Part shown: piece by piece, positions 9,977-18,138 of the stretch
How the letters are laid out: every line of letters starts with the position of its first letter
Position numbering within the stretch: position 1 is the first letter of the stretch
Virus record (IMG/VR): IMGVR_UViG_3300031414_000001
Span: 96,001 to 160,000 of that record
Strand: one strand, 5' to 3'
DNA from: a virus
Lineage: Duplodnaviria; Heunggongvirae; Uroviricota; Caudoviricetes
Length of the DNA: 64,000 nucleotides
Position numbers and translations under genes: made by a program
Notes under the pieces: model-generated
Seen by the model: only the letters and a program-made list of their open reading frames with translations
The model's database searches: none
Told to the model about the DNA's origin: nothing

Positions 9977-10005
9977 ATTATACCAGATTTTTTTAGTTCG
10001 TTCCA
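9977..10005 (-). promoter_or_regulatory. Phage early/middle-type promoter TGGAACG-N11-TCTGGTATAAT
   Basis: One of five exactly spaced copies in the window. Confidence 0.75.
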
Positions 10006-10048
10006 CGATAATTGTAAATACTGTAGAAGAACTTTTTGAGGAACTATA

Positions 10049-10531
10049 ATGAAAAGGGAAAGGTTAAAAAACTCTAACGAGGCTGCCAAATATAGGCAAG
10101 AATTACTTAAAAAACAAAAAGGCTTAGATCCAATCACTAAAGAGAAAGTAACCGATCCAGTACTTGACCATAATCATAAAGGTGAACAAGAATGCCGTGC
10201 TGTTCTAGATAGAACAGTAAACTCATTCGAAGGTAAAGTACAAAATGCGTTCGATAGATACATTAAACATTTAACTGATAAGAATCTACCTACAGTTTTA
10301 CGAAATCTAGCAGATTACTATGAACAGGATTATTCTGAAACAAAAATACATCATACAGCACTAACTATTGATGTTAAAAAGTTCAAAGCATTACCAGCAG
10401 CACAACAATGTTCAATTCTTGAATCATTTGACGTTGTACCTGAGTCCAATTCTGCTAAACGAGCAAATCAAGCTCGTAAATTAATTAAAAGTGGTCAATT
10501 AGATATGACACAAATAAAAAAAGGAGCCTAA
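10049..10531 (+). CDS. gp49: Recombination endonuclease VII-like (gp49) Holliday junction resolvase
   Basis: VLDHNH...CRAVLDRTVNSFEGKV matches gp49 LDHDH...VRGLLCxxCNxxEG; GTAAATA late-like box at 10014-10020. Confidence 0.75.
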   Translation: MKRERLKNSNEAAKYRQELLKKQKGLDPITKEKVTDPVLDHNHKGEQECRAVLDRTVNSFEGKVQNAFDRYIKHLTDKNLPTVLRNLADYYEQDYSETKIHHTALTIDVKKFKALPAAQQCSILESFDVVPESNSAKRANQARKLIKSGQLDMTQIKKGA

Positions 10532-10543
10532 TGGCTCCTTTTT
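10516..10543. terminator. Bidirectional intrinsic terminator
   Basis: AAAAAAAGGAGCC-taat-GGCTCCTTTTT between convergent genes. Confidence 0.85.
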
Positions 10544-10544
10544 G

Positions 10545-12686
10545 TTATAGATCTAATACATCGCAAAATTCGATAGTACTGAAACTATCTTCTTTAACGA
10601 CTCGTAAGATTGAATTAGCACGTCCAATCAATTCTTCACGGTGTGATACCACAAAGATGTTTTTACCACGTACAGCACTCAAATCTTGAAGCATATGCCA
10701 TGAACTTTCAATACCACCAGTATCTAAACCATTATCTAGTAGTTCATCCACCAGCAATAGGTTAATACCCTGGAATAGAGACTCGTATGTATCACGGAAC
10801 GCAAGGTTCAACGCAATAATAACACGAGTACGCTCACCACGAGACAATTGTTTGAAGTCATATGATTGACCATTCAAATCAATATCAACGCTTAGGTCAT
10901 TTAGGAACTCTACTGTATGTAATGAACCTGATTTCTCAATCCAGTACTGTAATCGGTTGTTCAAGAATGAGATATTCTGGTCAATGATACGGCGACGGAC
11001 AAATGAATCTTTGTTCATTAGTAGTTTTGCCAAATAATCTTGGTGGTCAGCAAGTTTGACTAGCTTGTTATACTCGTCATAGTCCACATGTTGAATTGAG
11101 TTCGTTTGTAGAGTCTCAATTTGTTCAAAGAATGGATTCTGTGAGGATTGTTCACGTTCTAGTGAAGAAACCAACGTATCAAATGAACGTTGAAGGTCTT
11201 TCACTTCGTTAGTACTAAATGTTTCAGTGTATTCTTTGATTTCAGTACTTTCTAACTCCGCAAAGAGTGTCATAAGTTCTTCATCATAGATATTCACTTC
11301 TTCTTCAGTACTTTTCTTCTTCAATTCTTCTAGTTTATGCTCATGAAGCTTAGCTTCAGACAGTGAAGGGTAGAATGTAACTGGTTTCTCTGGCATATCA
11401 AACAATTCAATGCTTTCAACTGCTAGAGTTAAGGTATTCATCTCATTCAACGCAGATTCATAGCTGCTTTGTAGTTCAGTCAGATTTTCTTCTGCTGTTT
11501 TCTTCATAGTTTCATGATTATGATTGCCTTGAATCGTATTTTCACACATTGGACACTTGTTGTCAACCAAAGATGCTAAATGTTTCTCTGCTTTAGCAAT
11601 ATTGTTACTGATTAAGGTAACTTTAGAGGTAGCAGCATTCAGTTCTTGAGTTTTAAAGCGTTTAGTGTTATTCAACTCTTTCAACATCTGGTCAAGAGTG
11701 TTCCACGTTTCCAATTCTTCATGCAATGCCAGTTCAGAGGTAATATCGAACTTAGAAAGGTCATCAATACTCTTAAGTACTGTAGCTTTCTTCTGTATTA
11801 GTGATTCTGAGTATTCTTCATGTTTCACTGCTACCTGAGCTAGACGATTTTCCAGTACAGTACGGGAATTATTGTGTTTAATTGCTTCTTCCATCTTTGA
11901 TGCTAGGTCAAATAGAGATGTAAAGTCAATATCTTCGTAATCTGCCAGTTGTTCAACTAGAGATTCGATAGTCTTAGTCTTTTTCTGTTCAAATTCGTTA
12001 GCACGAAGTTGTAAAGATTCGATACTTTGAAGAATACGTTTATTAGACGCAGTAACAGTTTCAATTTTGAACTTCTCTTGATCTGCTTGATTCTTTGTTT
12101 CTCGATACATATCTTTTAGAAGGTTAGCTTTCTCAGTAAGTTGAGTAATACAAAGAAGTTCTTCTATCATTTCACGTTGCTTCTGCTGAGATAGAGACAG
12201 GAACGGCTCTACGTTAGCATTCATTACCACAATGTGTTCAAATAGGAGTTGTGAAATACCAAGAATCTCATTCAAGTCTTCTTGAGTATCTTTCTTCTCA
12301 CCTCTTGATTCATCAATTACTTCATTATCCTCACTTAGAGTAAGGAATGTGAAATACGTGGGATTACGCCCACGTTCAACACGATATTCAACACCGTTTT
12401 TCTCGAAATCAATAGTGACTTCGCAGTTTTTAGCATTAATCTTGTTTACCAAGTTAGGTATCTTAATATCGTTACCGATACTCTTACCATATAATCCAAA
12501 AACAATACCCTGAATGATGGCAGACTTGCCTACACCATTTCTACGCCCCGCATTATCGTCACCGACCGATGCATCGTTGTTTTGACCAAGTACTAACGCT
12601 AGGTCAGTACTGTCAAGCTCCAGAACTTGTGGAGCATTACCAAAAGAAAAGAAGTTACGCATACTAATGCGTTTAATGTTAAGCAT
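10545..12686 (-). CDS. gp46: Recombination exonuclease ATPase subunit, gp46/Rad50/SbcC-like
   Basis: Walker A NGVGKS, coiled coil with CPMC zinc hook, LSRGE signature, LLLVDE, SH; start ATG 12686 after GGAGG. Confidence 0.93.
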   Translation of the reverse strand: MLNIKRISMRNFFSFGNAPQVLELDSTDLALVLGQNNDASVGDDNAGRRNGVGKSAIIQGIVFGLYGKSIGNDIKIPNLVNKINAKNCEVTIDFEKNGVEYRVERGRNPTYFTFLTLSEDNEVIDESRGEKKDTQEDLNEILGISQLLFEHIVVMNANVEPFLSLSQQKQREMIEELLCITQLTEKANLLKDMYRETKNQADQEKFKIETVTASNKRILQSIESLQLRANEFEQKKTKTIESLVEQLADYEDIDFTSLFDLASKMEEAIKHNNSRTVLENRLAQVAVKHEEYSESLIQKKATVLKSIDDLSKFDITSELALHEELETWNTLDQMLKELNNTKRFKTQELNAATSKVTLISNNIAKAEKHLASLVDNKCPMCENTIQGNHNHETMKKTAEENLTELQSSYESALNEMNTLTLAVESIELFDMPEKPVTFYPSLSEAKLHEHKLEELKKKSTEEEVNIYDEELMTLFAELESTEIKEYTETFSTNEVKDLQRSFDTLVSSLEREQSSQNPFFEQIETLQTNSIQHVDYDEYNKLVKLADHQDYLAKLLMNKDSFVRRRIIDQNISFLNNRLQYWIEKSGSLHTVEFLNDLSVDIDLNGQSYDFKQLSRGERTRVIIALNLAFRDTYESLFQGINLLLVDELLDNGLDTGGIESSWHMLQDLSAVRGKNIFVVSHREELIGRANSILRVVKEDSFSTIEFCDVLDL

Positions 12687-12698
12687 CCTTGCCTCCAA

Positions 12699-13730
12699 TT
12701 ATAGTGAAAGATAAAGTTGAATCAGTAATTCATTGTCAATTACGTTAGATTTGTTTTCTTTTATCTGAGCAATTACAATTTCATCAACAGATTCAGTATT
12801 AGAGGCAAAATCCTCTGAACCGAAGTTGTTTTCAACCGTTTTCTTGCCAGGTATGATATTAAATTCACGAATTTTATACATCTTACAGAATGTTTCGCGA
12901 ATAAAACTAATTTCATCCATTGTAACGGGAATATCAACCTGAACTTTAGCTATTACGTTGTCTTCCAAGTAATAAGTTGGTTCAGATAGAAGTTCTGACA
13001 AAGTAAAGGTTCTGTACCGTGGAGCACCAGGCCACATTTTGAATTCTGGTTCACCACCATGTTCTAGGAACATGATTCCTCGTGCGTCATCCCATGTATC
13101 TGAGAAGTTATGAGGGAAACAGTTGCCAGTGTACAGAATTTTAGTACCTTTTGATGTAACTTTAGCTTGTCTCTTGTGGAAATGTCCACTAAAGACATAT
13201 TCACATCCACTAAACGAATCTTCAGTCTCTTTTCCATGATCTGGCATTTCAACCATCTTATTAAGAAGGTATCCCGGCAGTTCTAAGTGACCAAAAACAT
13301 ACTTACTACGTAATGAAGGTAGTTGTTTGTATTCATCGTCAATCATAAACGGAATAAATGAACAATCATCAATGGTTTCAATCTGATTAATGAAGTGAAT
13401 ATGTTCAAAAACAGATGCCATGTTGATACTTGTCACATCACGTTTATTTTTATGGTACATATCATGGTTCCCAACAAGAAAATACGTCATATCGAAGTTC
13501 TCATTAAGTAGATGCATGATTTGAAGACCATAATCTAGTGTATTGATGTTAATATTACTACGATTGTGGAAGAAATCTCCCATAAAGATACAAGTTTTAA
13601 TATCTCGTTCTTTTGCTTCATCGATCATGAACTTTACAAAGTTAACACAATCAATGTTATGTTCTCTACTGTTATTCTTTAGACCTAAGTGAATATCAGT
13701 GAACACAATAGACTTATCAAATAGTGCCAT
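12699..13730 (-). CDS. gp47: Recombination exonuclease nuclease subunit, gp47/Mre11/SbcD-like
   Basis: Metallophosphoesterase motifs DIHLG, GDFFH, GNHD, GHL, SGHFH. Confidence 0.93.
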   Translation of the reverse strand: MALFDKSIVFTDIHLGLKNNSREHNIDCVNFVKFMIDEAKERDIKTCIFMGDFFHNRSNININTLDYGLQIMHLLNENFDMTYFLVGNHDMYHKNKRDVTSINMASVFEHIHFINQIETIDDCSFIPFMIDDEYKQLPSLRSKYVFGHLELPGYLLNKMVEMPDHGKETEDSFSGCEYVFSGHFHKRQAKVTSKGTKILYTGNCFPHNFSDTWDDARGIMFLEHGGEPEFKMWPGAPRYRTFTLSELLSEPTYYLEDNVIAKVQVDIPVTMDEISFIRETFCKMYKIREFNIIPGKKTVENNFGSEDFASNTESVDEIVIAQIKENKSNVIDNELLIQLYLSL

Positions 13731-14577
13731 TTTGCTTCCTTTCTAGCATTTTCATCTCAATTTCAATTTGTCGTGTATGACTAGGGTTAAACCCTTGAAG
13801 TTCTAGAAGGTCATCACGAATGTTACGTACATTCTTTTCTGAATTAAGTACAGAACGGAATGCGTTGTTAACAAATGAGGTGTAATATGCGAAAGGATTA
13901 AGTTGTACGGCTGGTTTTACCTTTTTGTACAGAATACTTTCATTGAATAGCAACGCATTCTTTACTAGTTGAATACGAGCATCACCCATCATCTCGTCTA
14001 AGTATGTATAGTTACGATAGTTAGGTTTATGAGATATTTCTTCTGCCAATTTAATGAACATCTTACCCAATTCATTAGTTTGACGACCATGTGTTAGGCT
14101 GAAAACGCCATCTTCAAGATCACCTTTCCAATGAGAACGAGCAACTTCATACAATTCACCAGTGTTATCAGCGATATAATGTTTGAAGGGTTCAAAGTTG
14201 GTACGAACTTTCTTCTGATCTTCATTATTTTCAATGAACGGGATATGTTCATTCGTAATCACACGAATAACAACTTCGTCAACGGGAATATCATGAACCA
14301 GTAAGTTCTTTTCATCAGCGTACTCTTTTGCTTTCTTGGCAGTGAAAGCATGTTCAGCACGTATTTTGTCTAGCGTACTCGAATTTAAGCGTTTAATTCG
14401 CTCCGCAGTAGCTAGTTCAAGTAATTCTTCAGTAATTTCGGACTCGTCGAAGACGATATAATCGTACATATTGTAAGCATCGTCTAGAACCCAACAATAT
14501 GACATTTTACTGATATGAATTTCTCTTAGCAAATCCGCATTGTTCAAGTACTTCTTGCGTTTTGGTTTAATTGCCAT
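13717..14577 (-). CDS. gp55: Late transcription sigma factor, gp55-like
   Basis: YLNNADLL...ELGKMFIKLAEEISHKPNYRNYTYLDEM...NPFAYYTSFVNNAF; adjacent to gp47/46 as in T4; start ATG 14577 after GGAG. Confidence 0.85.
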   Translation of the reverse strand: MAIKPKRKKYLNNADLLREIHISKMSYCWVLDDAYNMYDYIVFDESEITEELLELATAERIKRLNSSTLDKIRAEHAFTAKKAKEYADEKNLLVHDIPVDEVVIRVITNEHIPFIENNEDQKKVRTNFEPFKHYIADNTGELYEVARSHWKGDLEDGVFSLTHGRQTNELGKMFIKLAEEISHKPNYRNYTYLDEMMGDARIQLVKNALLFNESILYKKVKPAVQLNPFAYYTSFVNNAFRSVLNSEKNVRNIRDDLLELQGFNPSHTRQIEIEMKMLERKQNGTI

Positions 14578-14624
14578 AAAAATCTCCATGTTTTTATATA
14601 AAACGATCCTTGTTTTACAGCTAC

Positions 14625-14653
14625 ATTATACCACATTTTTAATTTTCGTTCCA
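14625..14653 (-). promoter_or_regulatory. Promoter TGGAACG-N11-TGTGGTATAAT for gp55-47-46
   Basis: Consensus copy ~50 nt upstream of gp55. Confidence 0.8.
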
Positions 14654-14692
14654 CATAATAAATACAGGATAACATTTTCACGGAGAACGTAT

Positions 14693-15430
14693 ATGATAGA
14701 CCGCAGACTAAGACTAAGACCAAAAGATGCCGCAGCTAACTATGTTTATGGTGATAGATCACAAACTGGTAGTTCACAATCATCAATATTGTCTTTTTTA
14801 CGTGTTACAAACGGTATGGTATGGAACTATACTCCTATCATATCTGAACAACGTACAGTAAACTACGAATCAGAACAACCGATTCACACAAACAGTGGTT
14901 ATAACAACTACAAAAACACATCAAACACAACAATCACCATCCAAGGTTCTTTCTATTCAAGTACTGGTATGGAAGCAATGTATACATTAGCATGTATGCA
15001 TTTCCTTCGTTCAGTTACACAAATGGACTTTGGTAGACAAGCAGCTTTGTCAAGTAATCCAGATTTTGCTGTTGTTGGTGCTCCACCACCAATTCTATTG
15101 CTAAGTGGGTATGGGCGATACATTTATAATGACATTCCCGTTATTATCAAATCATATCAATTAAGTTATGCTGATGATGTTCCTTACATTCAAGTACCAG
15201 TAGACAGTTCAGTTGATGGTTACGATTACTCGGACTCCGCAACTCGTGCGTACTTTGAGAATCTTCGTAACACTGGTACTACTAATCCAGAAAACGAAGT
15301 TTGGGTTCCACAGAAATTGAATATTACAATTCAATTGGAAGAACAGCCTACTCCGAACTTCATGACCACTAAGTTCAACTTGAACGCATTTAAACGTGGT
15401 GAAATGCTTCGTAAAGGAGGATACATTTAA
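14693..15430 (+). CDS. Baseplate/tail tube initiator-like protein
   Basis: GAPPPILLLSGYG..IYNDIPVIIKSY motif; first gene of baseplate operon; ATAAATA at 14658-14664; start ATG 14693 after GGAG. Confidence 0.55.
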   Translation: MIDRRLRLRPKDAAANYVYGDRSQTGSSQSSILSFLRVTNGMVWNYTPIISEQRTVNYESEQPIHTNSGYNNYKNTSNTTITIQGSFYSSTGMEAMYTLACMHFLRSVTQMDFGRQAALSSNPDFAVVGAPPPILLLSGYGRYIYNDIPVIIKSYQLSYADDVPYIQVPVDSSVDGYDYSDSATRAYFENLRNTGTTNPENEVWVPQKLNITIQLEEQPTPNFMTTKFNLNAFKRGEMLRKGGYI

Positions 15431-15744
15431 TGGCATCTCAATACAGTACATACTCACCTTATTCTAAGGTTGATCAAACTTGGTATCTTGATTACAACTT
15501 ACCACAAACTATGGTTAGAGCAGATAGTGATTCAGAATATATTATTCCACCTCAGTACAATGAACAACCTTGGCGTTTAGCTAAGGACTTGTACGGTAAT
15601 GAACGTTTGTATTACATTTTTGCTTTACTTAATCCAGATCTTCTCGTAGATCCAATTTATGATTTTACGGCTGGAACAACTATTTTAATTCCATCATTAC
15701 AACGTGTACAAGTTTGGTTAAACGGTTCACGTAACGTTAAGTAA
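15430..15744 (+). CDS. Baseplate wedge protein, gp53-like (LysM-like)
   Basis: PWRLAKDLYGNERLYYIFALLNPD..DPIYDFTAGTTILIP. Confidence 0.75.
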   Translation: MASQYSTYSPYSKVDQTWYLDYNLPQTMVRADSDSEYIIPPQYNEQPWRLAKDLYGNERLYYIFALLNPDLLVDPIYDFTAGTTILIPSLQRVQVWLNGSRNVK

Positions 15745-15756
15745 GGATTTTTCAAC

Positions 15757-18138
15757 ATGGCGTCAATTAATAACATTGTTAACAAAATACAAACTGGTAG
15801 TACTGCTACACCTGAATCCGCAATGGAAGGTGTAAGTGACCAAATTTTATCAAACGTAGAAAGTTTAAACCAAACCGCACAATCAGTAAAAAATAGTGCT
15901 ACTCAAGCAAGTAACGCAGCAGTATCCGCAGCAAAAAACGGTATTGAAAAAGTTAGTAGCAGTGTTAAAGGTATGATCCCAGGTCAAGCTAATGCTTATG
16001 TGGCTCGTACAGCACAAGAAAAACAAAAATCATATGATGCTAGTACTGACTTGTATTCAAACGTAGATTTGAATGCTCTAGTACTTCCATATGAGAATCC
16101 ACTACTTGCTTATCATAATTATACTTGGAACTTCTCTCTATACACTATGTCACCTGCTGAATATGAATTATTCTTAGATAATGACATGGTTGATGTAAAC
16201 AAATACGTTGTAGCACAAAGTGCTGTAACTGGACGATACAGTATTGAGAGTGTAAAAATTACTCAAGCTGGTCCAGCAACACCAGGTATTACTTCTAACT
16301 ATTCCATGAACACTGCTATTATGGAAATTAAAGAAAATGGTGGTCAACACCTTTTCGATGACCTTGTAGTACTTTCAAATACTCTAGGATATAAAAAATT
16401 CATGGATGTTCCATTCGTAATGGAACTGAACTTCATTGGTTATGATGAAGATACTGGTGCTCCAACCACTATGAAATCTCTTAACCGTAAATGGGGCGTT
16501 CGCTTGAATACTATTCAAGGAACTGCATCTCAAAGTGGTGGAGCTATTACATACACACTATCATTGAGTAGTACTCGTGGTGGTATGATGGAAAACAAAG
16601 ACTGGACTCTTAAAGAACCTTACACATGTACTACGGGTACATTTGGTGAATTCATTCAACAACTTCAAGACCATATGAATAAGGTAGCAACTGACCAATA
16701 CGGTTATTTGCGTTATCGTTATGATGCTTTTTCTAACGATGAATATTTTAAAATGATTCTTCCGACTGAACTTGCTAACATGACTATTAACTACGACTCA
16801 AAACAAAGTCCAGAAGTTAATCAATCAAAAAATGGTTCAAGTGGTGCTAAAGACTTTACTTGGGGTGCTGATGTTCCGGTATCTCGTGTAATTGATGATG
16901 TTCTAGACTGTTGTATGCCATTACATGAAAGTACTGATAAGCGTCGTAACTTTGTTAACATTATTCCGGTATCTAGATATGTTGGATATGATCCAATTCG
17001 AGATACTAGTGCTTATAAGAACTTTTTCTATATATTGAAATACAAAATTGGTGATGTAACATCAAAAGATGATTTAATGCCAGAATCTTTTAACCTTCAG
17101 TACTTCTATGATAACGCAGATAAAATCAATGATGCTTCTGATGGTGATAAACCTAAAATTAATGGTAAGCGTTATGACTATCAATTTAGTGGTCTTAATA
17201 CTGAAATCTTAAACTTAGATATTAAGTACGACCAAGGATTTAATATCGCGGTTACTCGTAACCCACAATCACAGATTGATAAGCAGAATAGTACTGGTAC
17301 GCACGTTGCCGAAACATTAGAACTAGCTGGACAAGAATATAGTACTGCTGATACACAAACTCTATGGGCTAAATCTCAAGAGCTAGTTAATAAGCAAAAA
17401 TCTGGTCAAGAGTTGACGGACGAAGAAAAACAATTTGTTCGTGATGCACAAGGTGTTTCCGCTACTAGAGTAATGCCAACTGAAGGTGAAGAAGACCAAA
17501 GTAATACTAACTTGTCGATTGCTCCAGCGTTACCATCATATATTGAAGATTTTCGTAATACAATAGATGTTGGTGTTGAAGGTACTAATGGTATAGGTAC
17601 GCCTAGAGTTGATAGTGTTCCAACTGAACCTACAAACATCGGTAAAACTAACTCCGGTGCTAAGGGCGACAACAGTTCCGATGATGAATTACAACGTCGC
17701 TTAATTCGAGACAACTATTATAACCGTTCATTCTTAGGTAAACTGGATATTAAAGTTGTTGGTGATCCATTCTGGTTAGGATGGGGAGATTATTCATACG
17801 TTCGTTATCTTGATAGAGCGGCACGTGGTGAAGACATTAATCCAAGTCCTGAAGATAGACACTTTGCGAATTATATGACAACTGAAACATATTTGCTTTT
17901 AAATTTAAAACCGATTGTCGCTATTAGTGATGATACTGGTATTTTGGAAGTGAATCAGAAATCAGTATTCAATCAAAACTTCTATCGCGTTAACAAAGTT
18001 GTTAGCGAATTCAGTAGTAACGGTTCATTTACTCAGCAATTATCTGCTGGTTTAGTAATTCGTTCATTACGTAATAAAGATCAACAAACAACTGGTACGC
18101 AGTCAGCGGAATCAGTTAAGAAAGACGGGAAACAATAA
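15757..18138 (+). CDS. Baseplate hub protein (gp27-like)
   Basis: Between gp53-like and gp5-like; C-terminal DIKVVGDPFWL and FYRVNKVVSEFSSNGSFTQQL typical of hub proteins. Confidence 0.6.
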   Translation: MASINNIVNKIQTGSTATPESAMEGVSDQILSNVESLNQTAQSVKNSATQASNAAVSAAKNGIEKVSSSVKGMIPGQANAYVARTAQEKQKSYDASTDLYSNVDLNALVLPYENPLLAYHNYTWNFSLYTMSPAEYELFLDNDMVDVNKYVVAQSAVTGRYSIESVKITQAGPATPGITSNYSMNTAIMEIKENGGQHLFDDLVVLSNTLGYKKFMDVPFVMELNFIGYDEDTGAPTTMKSLNRKWGVRLNTIQGTASQSGGAITYTLSLSSTRGGMMENKDWTLKEPYTCTTGTFGEFIQQLQDHMNKVATDQYGYLRYRYDAFSNDEYFKMILPTELANMTINYDSKQSPEVNQSKNGSSGAKDFTWGADVPVSRVIDDVLDCCMPLHESTDKRRNFVNIIPVSRYVGYDPIRDTSAYKNFFYILKYKIGDVTSKDDLMPESFNLQYFYDNADKINDASDGDKPKINGKRYDYQFSGLNTEILNLDIKYDQGFNIAVTRNPQSQIDKQNSTGTHVAETLELAGQEYSTADTQTLWAKSQELVNKQKSGQELTDEEKQFVRDAQGVSATRVMPTEGEEDQSNTNLSIAPALPSYIEDFRNTIDVGVEGTNGIGTPRVDSVPTEPTNIGKTNSGAKGDNSSDDELQRRLIRDNYYNRSFLGKLDIKVVGDPFWLGWGDYSYVRYLDRAARGEDINPSPEDRHFANYMTTETYLLLNLKPIVAISDDTGILEVNQKSVFNQNFYRVNKVVSEFSSNGSFTQQLSAGLVIRSLRNKDQQTTGTQSAESVKKDGKQ

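Noticed and set aside
9342-10137. Short ORFs 9342-9557, 9758-10039 and 9919-10137 in the structured region
   Set aside because: Non-ATG starts without clear SD, atypical composition, and one overlaps the promoter and gp49; the region is better explained as non-coding.
10049-10531. Mobile homing endonuclease
   Set aside because: Size, C-terminal helical region and position next to gp46/47 fit a housekeeping gp49 resolvase better; not fully excluded.
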